This document shows, in pieces, positions 1 to 8,797 of a stretch of 64,000 bases of DNA. The DNA lies in the IMG/VR virus record IMGVR_UViG_3300028561_000525. One strand, 5' to 3'. Numbering within the stretch: the stretch's first letter is position 1; the number at the start of each line of letters is the position of its first letter. This DNA is from a virus (lineage: Duplodnaviria > Heunggongvirae > Uroviricota > Caudoviricetes). The translations under genes were made by a program, and so were the position numbers. A model generated the notes under the pieces. The model did no database searches and was not told the DNA's origin. It saw only the letters and a list, made by a program, of their open reading frames with translations.

Positions 1-572
1 ATTTTTGCTGAAAATGACGAGAGCAAAGACAGCATGTCTTCAACCAGTTCCGCTTCGTATGACTTGGGTAGAACTTCCTCACACCACTCAACAATGACGC
101 CGTGACTCTCAAACAACTTGACGAAGATTCCAAAATTGAATCGGGCAAGGCGGTCTTTATGTTCTATGACCAAGCGGTTGATCTTGTGCTCAATTGCCAG
201 GTCAAATAGCCGATGAAGTTTGGGGCGATTGTCGTTCATACCAGATAACGTTTCCTCAAATACATAACCAACGCGGTATTGCTTGTTGGCGCAGTATTCA
301 AGCAGGCGCAATTTCTGACGTTCCAAATCACCTTTCTGTTTCTGGTCATGAGACGACACCCGCACGTAGATTGCGGCACAATCATTTGGTGGAGCATCTT
401 CTGAAACGATACCTTGAAGTTGCTCAATATCTTCAATGCGGTATCTCCGATGTCCGCCTTTTGTGCGCTCTGCTTTCAACGCGCCAGAATCATCCCATGC
501 TCGGAGCGTAGAAATTCCAACGCCAAGAAGTTCAGCGGCCTTCGCTATCCCGATTAGTCTCTTGCTCGCCAT
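1..572 (-). CDS. tnpA: IS607-family serine-recombinase transposase TnpA (N-terminal part; C-terminus runs off the window start)
   Basis: Manual minus-strand translation from ATG at 572 gives MASKRLIGIAKAAELLGVGISTLRAWDDSGALKAERTKGGHRRYRIEDIEQL (MerR-like HTH). It continues AAIYVRVSSHDQKQKGDLERQ...RPKLHRLFDLAIEHKINRLVIEHKDRLARF (resolvase/serine-recombinase catalytic domain). It is absent from the ORF track because its stop lies outside the window. Confidence 0.7.
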   Translation of the reverse strand, partial: MASKRLIGIAKAAELLGVGISTLRAWDDSGALKAERTKGGHRRYRIEDIEQLQGIVSEDAPPNDCAAIYVRVSSHDQKQKGDLERQKLRLLEYCANKQYRVGYVFEETLSGMNDNRPKLHRLFDLAIEHKINRLVIEHKDRLARFNFGIFVKLFESHGVIVEWCEEVLPKSYEAELVEDMLSLLSSFSAK

Positions 573-770
573 CCAGTTCCTTCTCGAAAAGTTCTCGCCA
601 ATGGTTGTAGATGCGCTGAAATTCCTCATTGGTGGGAACTTCATCAAGTTCAAACGGGTGTTGGTAAACCCGCCCGTCGTCAAGTTCAAACTCAGTCTTG
701 GTTACTCGTGTGACCATCGCTCGTTTCATCCTTCACCTCCAATTATACTAAAAGATTTTGGTAGTGTCAA

Positions 771-793
771 GTAGATTATAGTAGATTATCTAC
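771..793. repeat. tandem 9-mer GTAGATTAT x2 overlapping the palindrome GTAGATTATCTAC
   Basis: Read directly in the sequence. It sits between tnpA and the glycan gene block. Confidence 0.6.
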
Positions 794-1023
794 TAACTGT
801 TCGAACCCTTTTCCGCCATTCTTTTCAATTTTTTCCTGTCCATATCAACACAGATATAATTTCCTGGCACAATACTCTTGTTTTTTTCTCTGCCTCGAAT
901 AAAACCATCGGCCACTACATAACCATCACCTGATGCACAGTCGAGCCAGATTTTATTCCTTTCGTACATTGAAAACGGAATATGTTCTTTCAGAGAGGGT
1001 GTCTTTCTTTCCCTATAAACCAT
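793..1023 (-). CDS. hypothetical small protein (76 aa)
   Basis: ORF co-oriented with the downstream NeuA-like gene, with an 11-nt overlap. No recognisable motif. Confidence 0.3.
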   Translation of the reverse strand: MVYRERKTPSLKEHIPFSMYERNKIWLDCASGDGYVVADGFIRGREKNKSIVPGNYICVDMDRKKLKRMAEKGSNS

Positions 1024-1684
1024 TTCTCCCCCTCATTATGGCTTCTATCATCCTCAAATCTTCCTGTGTATCAACTTCAAAATGTTTCCAGAACGGGATT
1101 TCCACAAAACCAACATTATTTCCAGCTCTACACTTTGATTGAAGGAACTGTTTTCGGGTTGTTACATACAATCCACCAGTTTCAATATAATATCTGTTCT
1201 CTTCCCTGTCCTGTCTCCTGCCCCTTTTCTTCAACTCATAGTTTATCGGTTGCCTGACCAGACCATCCCAAAACAATATATCGTTTTTCTCCATCCCCAT
1301 AGCCCCGATTGCAGAATCGAAACCGTGAACGAGAATTTTCTCTATACCGTCATTTATATGTTTGGGTTCTATCAGCGGGGATGTGGGTGCAAGGAGAACG
1401 AGAATGTCATATTCGACTTTCTCCGTGAAAAATGCTATCACTTCTTCGATGGAGTTCCTGTCACCGGAAATGATAGGCGGTTGTTCTATGACCTTTGCTC
1501 CGAGTTCCATCGAATACCATAAAATATCAGGGCCGTCCGATGAAACGAAAGTGTCGTGACATATCGAGTTTAGGCTACTCTGGATAATATAGTAGATGAG
1601 TGGTTTTCCATCCAGTAAAGCCAAATTTTTCTTTGGTATTCCTTTTGATCCTTCTCTTGCAGGTATCAAACTCACAATGTACAT
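1013..1684 (-). CDS. CMP-nonulosonic acid synthetase (acylneuraminate cytidylyltransferase, NeuA/CMP-Kdo synthetase family)
   Basis: N-terminal signature SLIPAREGSKGIPKKN, which is the IPARxGSKG(I/V)PxKN motif of NeuA/PseF/LegF cytidylyltransferases. 223 aa. Confidence 0.8.
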   Translation of the reverse strand: MYIVSLIPAREGSKGIPKKNLALLDGKPLIYYIIQSSLNSICHDTFVSSDGPDILWYSMELGAKVIEQPPIISGDRNSIEEVIAFFTEKVEYDILVLLAPTSPLIEPKHINDGIEKILVHGFDSAIGAMGMEKNDILFWDGLVRQPINYELKKRGRRQDREENRYYIETGGLYVTTRKQFLQSKCRAGNNVGFVEIPFWKHFEVDTQEDLRMIEAIMRGRNGL

Positions 1685-2592
1685 TCTTCAACATCCTCCC
1701 GTTTACAATTTAGCCCCAATTTTTTTCCGTTCTCATAGTAGGTATAAGTATTTCCTACCTTCATCAATATTCCTCTTTCCCTTCTGTGTTTTGCGCTCAG
1801 GTACATATCGCCCTTGAGTTTCAAAACCTTATTCTTATACTCTACAGACCTATCTCTCCATACAGTAGAAATACTTGCGGAATGTTTCCTGTAACAATAT
1901 AGTGGTTTTCTCAAATAGAATAATTTTCCGACTTCTTCCAGTTTCAATATCACATCTTTGTCAACGGCTTTCAATAACCTATGGTTCAGCCCCACAGTCA
2001 TATTGTAAAATTCTCTCTTGAAGGTTTTCAAATGGCTGATATCCGCGTCTGTTCCGTTATAGACATTATTTGTAAATCCTCCCAAAAACTGTTCCGTAGG
2101 TGGTTTTGCTTTTATCAAGCTCTTTTGTTGATATCCTCTCGTTGTTATTTCATAGTAGTCAGTATAAATCATTGAAACATTCGGTCTTTCCCTATGGGCA
2201 TCAACAATAATCTGTAGGGCATTTTTGTCATCGAGAAAATCGTCAGAATCCACGATTGCCACCAATTCATTGTTGCCGGCTTCTATCGCCCATTTCAAGG
2301 TTGTTCCGTACCCACTATTTTTTTCTGTCTGGAAGAATGAACATTTTTCCTTTATCTCATATTTCTTTACCAGATTTTTTATCTTTTCTACGGTAGTGTC
2401 TTTTGAACAATCATCCACGAAATAAATGTGCCAAAATGGGTATGTCTGTTCGACAATACTCTTGATGCAATCCTCGACATATTTTGCCACATTGAATGTA
2501 GTCACGGCAATATCAACCGCGGGATAATCAGATAACCATACGCGGGGCTCCTTTCCGTCAGATGTTCTCAGAATGTGGTCTTTTCTGTTCAT
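1672..2592 (-). CDS. family 2 glycosyltransferase
   Basis: DIAVTTFNVAKYVEDCIKSIVEQTYPFWHIYFVDDCSKDTT and LVAIVDSDDFL, which are the GT-A DXD motifs. Confidence 0.75.
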   Translation of the reverse strand: MNRKDHILRTSDGKEPRVWLSDYPAVDIAVTTFNVAKYVEDCIKSIVEQTYPFWHIYFVDDCSKDTTVEKIKNLVKKYEIKEKCSFFQTEKNSGYGTTLKWAIEAGNNELVAIVDSDDFLDDKNALQIIVDAHRERPNVSMIYTDYYEITTRGYQQKSLIKAKPPTEQFLGGFTNNVYNGTDADISHLKTFKREFYNMTVGLNHRLLKAVDKDVILKLEEVGKLFYLRKPLYCYRKHSASISTVWRDRSVEYKNKVLKLKGDMYLSAKHRRERGILMKVGNTYTYYENGKKLGLNCKREDVEECTL

Positions 2593-3527
2593 TTTATACT
2601 TTTAAAAACCTCAAAATATTTTTCTGCGACATACTCCGCTGTCAGTTCCTTGGGCAACTCCACACAATATTTATCTTTTTCGATTGTCTCCATCGCCCCC
2701 AATAGGTTTTCTTCCAGTACCGGAGGCATTACATTGTAAGCGTCCGTATAGGGTTTACAAGGTTCTATGGTGTTTTCATCCCCGTCACATATAATACAAC
2801 CGCCTGTCATAGCACACATTTCAGTCGAGCCACCACAGGCATTGGTCGTTATAACTGGTATTCCCGCCCCGATGGCTTCAACCACGGAGTTTGGGCACGC
2901 GTCCTTTTTTGACAGATGGATTGTAAAGTCCGCCATAGCGTGATGACCCATAAAATCCTTCCTGTCAACGTGCCCGTAGTAATGGATGTTTTGATGTTTT
3001 ACCGGAACATTCTGATGAAGTAGACCAAAAATGTGTAAGTGGGTATGTGGATATTTCTTGTAGTGTTTCAAAAATAACTGGATTGTTTCCTGTAGTCTCT
3101 TGTGTCGCCTCCACTTCGCTGTGACAATGATATTCGTTCCTTCGTGCTCGACAAACTCCCCACACCAATCTTTGTCAATCCCGTTGTAAATGACAAATGG
3201 TTTGGCTTCTTTCTTCCTTGGAGAAAGATACTTCTCACACATACTTCTGGCGAAATGGCTCTGATAAATGACGGCATCTGCTATTCTGTGTGCCTGACTT
3301 ATACCGGAGTTTCTTGAATTGTAGTCCGTATCACTATCGTAATATATCCCATCGAGCCTCAATACAGTCGGAAGTTTTGTGGGTTTGATATGAACGAAGG
3401 CCAGATAAACATCACATCCGGCTGGTATCGGAGAAAGCTCACATCCCATTTTTTTGAGATATGGATGAATCCTGTGAATGATTATGTGATTACTGTCTGT
3501 GTATATTTTCATTTTTTTTCCTTTCAA
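2589..3527 (-). CDS. family 4 (GT-B) glycosyltransferase
   Basis: C-terminal PNSVVEAIGAGIPVITTNACGG, a GT4 EX7E-type motif. 4-nt overlap with the upstream gene. Confidence 0.75.
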   Translation of the reverse strand: MKGKKMKIYTDSNHIIIHRIHPYLKKMGCELSPIPAGCDVYLAFVHIKPTKLPTVLRLDGIYYDSDTDYNSRNSGISQAHRIADAVIYQSHFARSMCEKYLSPRKKEAKPFVIYNGIDKDWCGEFVEHEGTNIIVTAKWRRHKRLQETIQLFLKHYKKYPHTHLHIFGLLHQNVPVKHQNIHYYGHVDRKDFMGHHAMADFTIHLSKKDACPNSVVEAIGAGIPVITTNACGGSTEMCAMTGGCIICDGDENTIEPCKPYTDAYNVMPPVLEENLLGAMETIEKDKYCVELPKELTAEYVAEKYFEVFKSIK

Positions 3528-4248
3528 ACAGTTGTTTTTTAATTTTTAATAATTTTTTCTTTTCCTCTTCTGGAAGTTTTTTATATAGGTTTGAAATACT
3601 ATCATCCCTTACACGATAAATATAAAGATCATATGGGATATATTTTAATAGTCCGACCTCCTCCAATTTTAGTATCAAATCCTTATCTACAGATTTAATT
3701 AAAGTGTCATCCAATCTCTCTGTCATCTCATAATATTTTCTTTTGAAAACTTTGAAGTGACTAATATTTAATTTTGGTTTAATATTTTGCTTTTCACAAT
3801 ATTTTTCATTTGATTTTAATGCCCGACTTTTTACTAAATGCTTGGCTCCATTATACAGCCTATAATAATTACTATATATAAGAGAGGCATCGAGATATTT
3901 TTGATGTTCTCTGACCATTATTTCCAAGGCATCCGGCCTTGACAAATAATCGTCCGAGTCCAAAACCGCCACCAATTCACCTCTTCCCATTTCAATAGCC
4001 GTTTTCAAGGATTTTCCATAACCATAATTTTTATTTAAAACACATAGAAAGTGTCTTTCATCCAAACCAAGAGAAGATATTTTGTTTACCGTATTGTCTG
4101 TCGAACAGTCATCCACAAAATATATTTTCCAGTTTTTATAAGACTGTGACAGGACACTATTCACACATTCCTCGATATATTTCTCCGTATTGTAGGTTGT
4201 AATTGTAATATCTACAATTGGATTATTTGAAAGCATATGGTGTGGCAC
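3490..4248 (-). CDS. family 2 glycosyltransferase
   Basis: ITITTYNTEKYIEECVNSVLSQSY...YFVDDCSTDNT and LVAVLDSDDYL. It is a paralog of the 1672-2592 product. Confidence 0.75.
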   Translation of the reverse strand: MPHHMLSNNPIVDITITTYNTEKYIEECVNSVLSQSYKNWKIYFVDDCSTDNTVNKISSLGLDERHFLCVLNKNYGYGKSLKTAIEMGRGELVAVLDSDDYLSRPDALEIMVREHQKYLDASLIYSNYYRLYNGAKHLVKSRALKSNEKYCEKQNIKPKLNISHFKVFKRKYYEMTERLDDTLIKSVDKDLILKLEEVGLLKYIPYDLYIYRVRDDSISNLYKKLPEEEKKKLLKIKKQLFERKKNENIHRQ

Positions 4249-5173
4249 CGTCCTTTACACTATCCTCATCCCATTTTTTGATTTGGTCTACAATATTTAT
4301 GCCCACATTCTTTCCCCAAAGTTTCAAGAGCTCCTTTGTGACTGGCCCAACTTTCCCATTGCCGATTTTTTCCCCGTTTATAGATGTACAGGGCATAATA
4401 CAGAAAGGAGTTCCCGTGTAGAAAGCTTCATCTGCCATCATTACATCATATAATTCGATATTTTTTTCAAATGTCGATTTCAAAGTTTTTACATAGGCCC
4501 GGCTGATGCCCCTCAAGACATTTCTTCCGTGAGATGTTATCAATCTACCTGACTTTTCGAGGATGAAGAAATTTGCCCCAGTACCTTCTGTAACGAACCC
4601 GTCATCGTCCAGTAAGAGGGCCCAGTTATTTTCTCCCTTGTATTGCGAAACTTCGATATTTGCCATCAAGTAGTGAAGTCTTGACCTATTTTTCACTTTG
4701 GGTTCCAGATATCTTGCCGGGATGGCTCTCTGATTTGGCGTGACAGCATTTACCCCGGTGTCAAACAGTTTCCCCATACCCTGTACCGTCCACCTCAAGG
4801 GGAAATCCGCTATGATGACATTCGGCCCCTTCTCTTCAAGGTCGATACCCCGATAGATTGATAATAATCCCCGTGTGACATTTATCATCAACCGATGTTC
4901 ATCGTCTGGATTGAATTCTCGGTCATTCATCAAGGCAGTCGCCACACAGGCATCAATCAAATCTATCTTTGAATAGGGGATTTCCAGACGAATGTACTTC
5001 GCAGAATCGAGAAGTCTTTGGATATGTTCATCGAGTTTGAAATGTTTTTTCTTGAAAGATCGTGTCATTTCAAATACCATATCGCCAAACATCAGGGCGC
5101 TATCATAGATACTGACACGAGCTTCCCTCTCCGGTATGAATTTACCGTTCCACCACACTACCCTTTCTGACAT
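4223..5173 (-). CDS. class IV (BCAT/D-amino-acid) PLP aminotransferase
   Basis: 316 aa. The N-terminus VWWNGKFIPEREARVSIYDSALMFGDMVFEMTR is typical of fold-type IV aminotransferases. Confidence 0.7.
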   Translation of the reverse strand: MSERVVWWNGKFIPEREARVSIYDSALMFGDMVFEMTRSFKKKHFKLDEHIQRLLDSAKYIRLEIPYSKIDLIDACVATALMNDREFNPDDEHRLMINVTRGLLSIYRGIDLEEKGPNVIIADFPLRWTVQGMGKLFDTGVNAVTPNQRAIPARYLEPKVKNRSRLHYLMANIEVSQYKGENNWALLLDDDGFVTEGTGANFFILEKSGRLITSHGRNVLRGISRAYVKTLKSTFEKNIELYDVMMADEAFYTGTPFCIMPCTSINGEKIGNGKVGPVTKELLKLWGKNVGINIVDQIKKWDEDSVKDGATPYAFK

Positions 5174-5376
5174 AACTTACTCCTTTTCTACATATATTTC
5201 TGGTACAAGAAAACTTCTTTGGTGGGAAGGAAAATAGATCAAAAGCCAAAAATTGCCCGGTTCTATTTCACCCCTTATTCCCACAACTTTTCCTCTCAAA
5301 CCATACATAGGATGGTTACTTCTGTTTACTTTTATTTTGTCGTGCAGTTTTATTCTTTCCACGCTAATATTTATGC

Positions 5377-5417
5377 AAAAAAAGAGGCGGAATTTCTTCC
5401 GCCTCACCATCTTTTTT
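5377..5417. terminator. bidirectional rho-independent terminator
   Basis: Perfect 9-bp stem GAGGCGGAA/TTCCGCCTC (5384-5405) with loop TTTC. It is flanked by A7 on the plus side (U7 for the minus-strand transcript) and by ACCATCTTTTTT. Confidence 0.6.
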
Positions 5418-5432
5418 ACCCTATTTTCGGGT

Positions 5433-5654
5433 TTACTGAATAATTATTCCGGAAACTTTGTCGTATTTTGTTGGTATACCAAAATCCGTTTCTTCCAATA
5501 CTTCCGTTGGTGTTTTCTTTTTTGTTTCTAAAATTTCATCCTCCGCTAATTTGAGTTCATAAAGGTCTTTGTTTTTCCATCTTGGAGCACCGTGTGTCTT
5601 GTGTGGTTTGCAACTCGGGCAACTCCTCAATTTCTTCTTCAGTCTTTTTCTCAA
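5433..5654 (-). CDS. hypothetical basic CxxC-containing protein (73 aa)
   Basis: ORF followed directly by the hairpin-U7 terminator. Contains CPSCKPHKTHGAPRWKNK. Confidence 0.4.
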   Translation of the reverse strand: MRKRLKKKLRSCPSCKPHKTHGAPRWKNKDLYELKLAEDEILETKKKTPTEVLEETDFGIPTKYDKVSGIIIQ

Positions 5655-5664
5655 ATTTACCTCC

Positions 5665-6198
5665 TCATTCTATTTTGAATAGAAAATCTGGAATGTAATT
5701 CATATCCTTCCTTAAATCGGGTACATCAATTTTTCTTCCGAAATGTAAATCCTCCCCCCTCATATTGTTTGTGAGCATTGTATTGTATTCATCTGCCGCG
5801 GCTTTTATCTCATCACAAGTGTGTTCCGGTAACAGGATGGTTATATTTCCACTTGGGCTTCTAGCAGTTGTACATATGGAGATGGTTCTGGTAAATTCGT
5901 GCCAATGGGTTCCCCCATCGTGGAACTGTAAAATAATGTTATTTGATGACTGCCAGGCATCAAATCTCGTTTTTTTGTCTTGTGTATAAGCTGTCAATAA
6001 ATACTGGTCTTGTGTGACATTCACATATAAATTGAAACTAACTTCATCCCTGTTTATTTCTATTTCCCCGTGTCTCATAGGTTCCGGTAGAAGCAGTCTT
6101 ACATTTCCGCTTACTTCCTCAAACATATGTCTATCAAACATAAATTGTGCCGTTGTTTTATATTTGTCTCTTGTTTTATGTATTTCACATACTACCAT
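5665..6198 (-). CDS. hypothetical protein with the C-terminal DFLFKIE tail (LFEI-tail family member)
   Basis: 177 aa ORF with a 14-nt overlap with the dCMP deaminase gene. The C-terminus is ...NYIPDFLFKIE. Confidence 0.5.
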   Translation of the reverse strand: MVVCEIHKTRDKYKTTAQFMFDRHMFEEVSGNVRLLLPEPMRHGEIEINRDEVSFNLYVNVTQDQYLLTAYTQDKKTRFDAWQSSNNIILQFHDGGTHWHEFTRTISICTTARSPSGNITILLPEHTCDEIKAAADEYNTMLTNNMRGEDLHFGRKIDVPDLRKDMNYIPDFLFKIE

Positions 6199-6703
6199 AA
6201 TATTTCCTCACAACTATTCCACTTTGCATTATAAGATATTCCGATGTTTTGTCGTATGTCTCAAGACTTGTGACAACAATTTCGATAATACCTGCGTTGA
6301 TAATTTCCACAAGACAAGGTGTACAGGGTATGGGGCAGTTACAATACATTGTCGCCCCTTTCACGGCTATACCGTGTCGAGCGGCATTGATGAGGGCGTT
6401 TCGTTCCCCGTGGCCGGCGATACAATACTCAAGCCCCTGACCACTTTCATACCCCATCACTTTTCTCGGACACTTCCCCTGTCTCACTTTCTCTGGAAAA
6501 TCATATTCCAGAGAATGATCTTTCCCCCATCTTTCATCACAGGGGGGAACTCCCCTTGGGGGCCCATTGTATCCGGTGGAGATAATGGACTTGTCCAAAA
6601 CGATGATTGCCCCAATTTTTCTTGAAAGACATTGACTGTTTTGTGCGATTGATATGGTCAGACCACGAAAGTAGCTATCCCATCTTATTAGTGATTTGTT
6701 CAT
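6185..6703 (-). CDS. dCMP deaminase (deoxycytidylate deaminase, cytidine/deoxycytidylate deaminase zinc-binding fold)
   Basis: The HAERNALINAARHG...CNCPIPCTPC zinc-binding H(A/C)E and PCxxC motifs. Confidence 0.85.
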   Translation of the reverse strand: MNKSLIRWDSYFRGLTISIAQNSQCLSRKIGAIIVLDKSIISTGYNGPPRGVPPCDERWGKDHSLEYDFPEKVRQGKCPRKVMGYESGQGLEYCIAGHGERNALINAARHGIAVKGATMYCNCPIPCTPCLVEIINAGIIEIVVTSLETYDKTSEYLIMQSGIVVRKYYGSM

Positions 6704-6750
6704 ATGACACCTCTTTACAAATTATATCACACGGGGGAAGGAAAGTAAAC

Positions 6751-6769
6751 GGGGGGAATTGATCCCCCC
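6751..6769. other. GC hairpin GGGGGGA-ATTGA-TCCCCCC between the minus-strand genes
   Basis: 7-bp stem read in the sequence. Weak terminator candidate for 6783-6986(-). Confidence 0.35.
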
Positions 6770-6782
6770 GCCTGTAAGAAAA

Positions 6783-6986
6783 CTACTTCTTACCAAGGAT
6801 TTCTTTGATTTTCTCCACGGCCGCTTTTACCGCCGCCTCATCAACCTTACCGCTGATGAGTTCATCCAGTACAGCCATAACGGCGACAAACTTTACCTTG
6901 TTATTTCTCCATACAAGGAAAAGACCCACGGCCACGGCTACAGCCACAACGGCTACAGCCACGAGAATGTTGAAAGGATTAAACAT
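6783..6986 (-). CDS. small membrane protein (one TM plus an amphipathic tail)
   Basis: MFNPFNILVAVAVVAVAVAVGLFLVW... The antisense 6759-7091(+) His/Gly-repeat ORF is judged spurious. Confidence 0.4.
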   Translation of the reverse strand: MFNPFNILVAVAVVAVAVAVGLFLVWRNNKVKFVAVMAVLDELISGKVDEAAVKAAVEKIKEILGKK

Positions 6987-7109
6987 AAGTTCATACCTCC
7001 GCTTCTTATTTTCGGTGGATCTCCACCAAACGATCTTTCACCTATATTTATGATAAATAATAATGTTATTTACGCAATCCCCCCGCCGTGATATAATATA
7101 GGAGTAGAT

Positions 7110-7274
7110 ATGTTCAAACAAAAATCCGTATATGATCCAGCTGGTTATTATAATATCAAGGTAAAATCCACCGCAAAAATAAACCCCAAAAAGAAAACTG
7201 TGGAAATTTACTTTGGTGAAGATTTGCGCTACCACTTTGAAGTGGATAAGATAGTGGAAATAAAGGAGAAATAA
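7110..7274 (+). CDS. hypothetical small protein (54 aa), first gene of the plus-strand block
   Basis: ATG 7110 preceded by GGAGTAGAT, with TATAAT at 7092-7097. Below the ORF-track size cutoff. Confidence 0.35.
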   Translation: MFKQKSVYDPAGYYNIKVKSTAKINPKKKTVEIYFGEDLRYHFEVDKIVEIKEK

Positions 7275-7275
7275 G

Positions 7276-7494
7276 ATGTTCATAGAATATAAAAACAGTA
7301 TTGTGAATTTATATCAGGTCTGTGAAATGAAAAAGATTGATACAGCCCGTGATAATTACTTTACAATTGTCTTTTATATCCCCAACGACAAGATTTATTG
7401 GTCGTTCAAAACGATGGAAGATCGTGACAAAATGTGGGAAAGAATAAGATTTGCCATAACCGCGTATTTACTTGTAAGAGAAGATGTGATATAA
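7276..7494 (+). CDS. hypothetical protein (72 aa)
   Basis: RBS AAGGAGAAATAAG, 1 nt after the previous stop. Confidence 0.4.
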   Translation: MFIEYKNSIVNLYQVCEMKKIDTARDNYFTIVFYIPNDKIYWSFKTMEDRDKMWERIRFAITAYLLVREDVI

Positions 7495-7495
7495 T

Positions 7496-7687
7496 ATGAA
7501 GAAAATATTATGTTTTTTGTTTCACCGAGGGCATTGGAGAGATTTTCCTATAGCCGGTATGGACGGTAGTGGTAAACAAAACAGATTTATCACTATCGGT
7601 GACCTTGTTGTTTGTCTGAAATGCAACAGGGTAGTTTTTCGGCCATTGAATAGTTTTGGCATTCCAAAGAAAGATAATGTAAAATGA
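7496..7687 (+). CDS. hypothetical protein (63 aa)
   Basis: Tightly coupled to the upstream ORF. Confidence 0.35.
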   Translation: MKKILCFLFHRGHWRDFPIAGMDGSGKQNRFITIGDLVVCLKCNRVVFRPLNSFGIPKKDNVK

Positions 7688-7822
7688 GACTATTTTATCT
7701 TTTAATCAAAAGTATTATTACAACCTTTTGGGGGGGTATGATAATGATTATCTACCTCATATCGGCAATAGGATTAGCCAGTTTTTTGATATATCTATTG
7801 AAATCAGGGAGCTTGAAATGAT

Positions 7823-8071
7823 ATGTTACAAAGGTTAATCGTCAACGAAGTTGAGAAGTGTGAATGTAAAATAAAAGAAGCTTTGAGAGAATTGAGAGAT
7901 AGAGTGGGATTGATACCACACAGTATTGAAATTGAATTATTCTGGAATTCGAAAGAACAAACAAACAGAAGCGGTGTAAGAAACAACGGTGACCCCTTTG
8001 AAGATATTTTACGGGTTCACATAAGCCTGAAGAAAGAAAACAAATCGAGATTTCCTCATAAGGAAGAGTAA
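7823..8071 (+). CDS. hypothetical protein (82 aa)
   Basis: ORF in the dense plus-strand operon. Confidence 0.4.
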   Translation: MLQRLIVNEVEKCECKIKEALRELRDRVGLIPHSIEIELFWNSKEQTNRSGVRNNGDPFEDILRVHISLKKENKSRFPHKEE

Positions 8072-8072
8072 G

Positions 8073-8309
8073 ATGTTTGATGATATAACGGGAAAAGACA
8101 AGAAAATAGATGTTCGACAACCTTACCATCTTGATATCTATTGCCCTATCTGTTCATCTGACAACCTGACATTGATGTCAACAATCAGTTCCACCCATAA
8201 TCCAAATAATCCAACCACAGACCGCATAACCGTGTTTGAATATATTTGTAATTATTGTCTTTCAAGTTTTATTATGGATGTGAGGATTTTTGTCTCGCCC
8301 AAAAAATAG
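8073..8309 (+). CDS. zinc-ribbon protein, MFDDI paralog 1
   Basis: MFDDITGKDKK...CPICSSDNL...CNYC. Starts 2 nt after the previous stop. Confidence 0.45.
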   Translation: MFDDITGKDKKIDVRQPYHLDIYCPICSSDNLTLMSTISSTHNPNNPTTDRITVFEYICNYCLSSFIMDVRIFVSPKK

Positions 8310-8320
8310 GAGAATATAAA

Positions 8321-8563
8321 ATGTTTGATGATATTGTGAATAAAAAGAGTGGGCCGGAAAGACATAGCCTCATTATGAAAATTGTATGCCCAAAGTGCGG
8401 CTGTGATGATATCTTATTGATAAAAGATAGAGCTTATGGTAAGCCCGCAGCAGATGGGAAGGTATACGATGTTTCAACTCTTGTTTTTTGCTCGAATTGC
8501 GACCAAGAGTTTATAGTATTTGTTTCGACTACCCCACTTGAAAATAAGGAAGAGAAAAAATGA
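8321..8563 (+). CDS. zinc-ribbon protein, MFDDI paralog 2
   Basis: Internal ATG of track ORF 8255-8563 with RBS AGGAGAATATAAAATG. MFDDIVNKK...CPKCGCDD...CSNCDQ. Confidence 0.45.
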   Translation: MFDDIVNKKSGPERHSLIMKIVCPKCGCDDILLIKDRAYGKPAADGKVYDVSTLVFCSNCDQEFIVFVSTTPLENKEEKK

Positions 8564-8790
8564 AAGTATCATTTACAAAAAGATTTGAGAAAGACGAGGA
8601 AACGGGAAAGAGATACCCCATAATGATGGCAAATGTGGAGTTTTCTATGGAAGAACTGGATAAATTGAGAGATGGAGATGACAGATTATCCAGAACGATT
8701 TCAAAATCTCTTTTGAGGCTATTCAATGAAATGGAATTTAGCGGTGATGTCACCGAAGATGATGATATAGATATAAACATCCAGAAATAG
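8560..8790 (+). CDS. hypothetical acidic protein (76 aa)
   Basis: ATGA overlap with the upstream gene. Confidence 0.4.
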   Translation: MKVSFTKRFEKDEETGKRYPIMMANVEFSMEELDKLRDGDDRLSRTISKSLLRLFNEMEFSGDVTEDDDIDINIQK

Positions 8791-8797
8791 AGGTAAT

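Larger units (their letters stand above)
1..800 (-). mobile_element. orfA end of an IS607/IS200-605-superfamily element, with the boundary near 770-800
   Basis: tnpA reads toward coordinate 1, so orfB is expected beyond the window. Tandem GTAGATTAT (771-779, 781-789) and the palindrome GTAGATTATCTAC (781-793) lie immediately upstream of tnpA. Confidence 0.4.

Noticed and set aside
194-774. Track ORFs 194-511(+), 236-436(-), 436-774(+), 532-729(-)
   Set aside because: They overlap the clear IS607-type TnpA reading frame on the minus strand (1-572). They have no motifs and are considered shadow ORFs.
6014-6625. 203-aa plus-strand ORF antisense to the dCMP deaminase gene
   Set aside because: Low-complexity hydrophobic translation opposite a well-supported gene. 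The same applies to 5765-5989(+).
6759-7091. His/Gly-repeat ORFs 6759-7091(+) and 6805-7053(+)
   Set aside because: They are antisense to the small membrane protein 6783-6986(-). They arise from the GCCACGGCTACAGCC DNA repeat that encodes AVAVV on the other strand.
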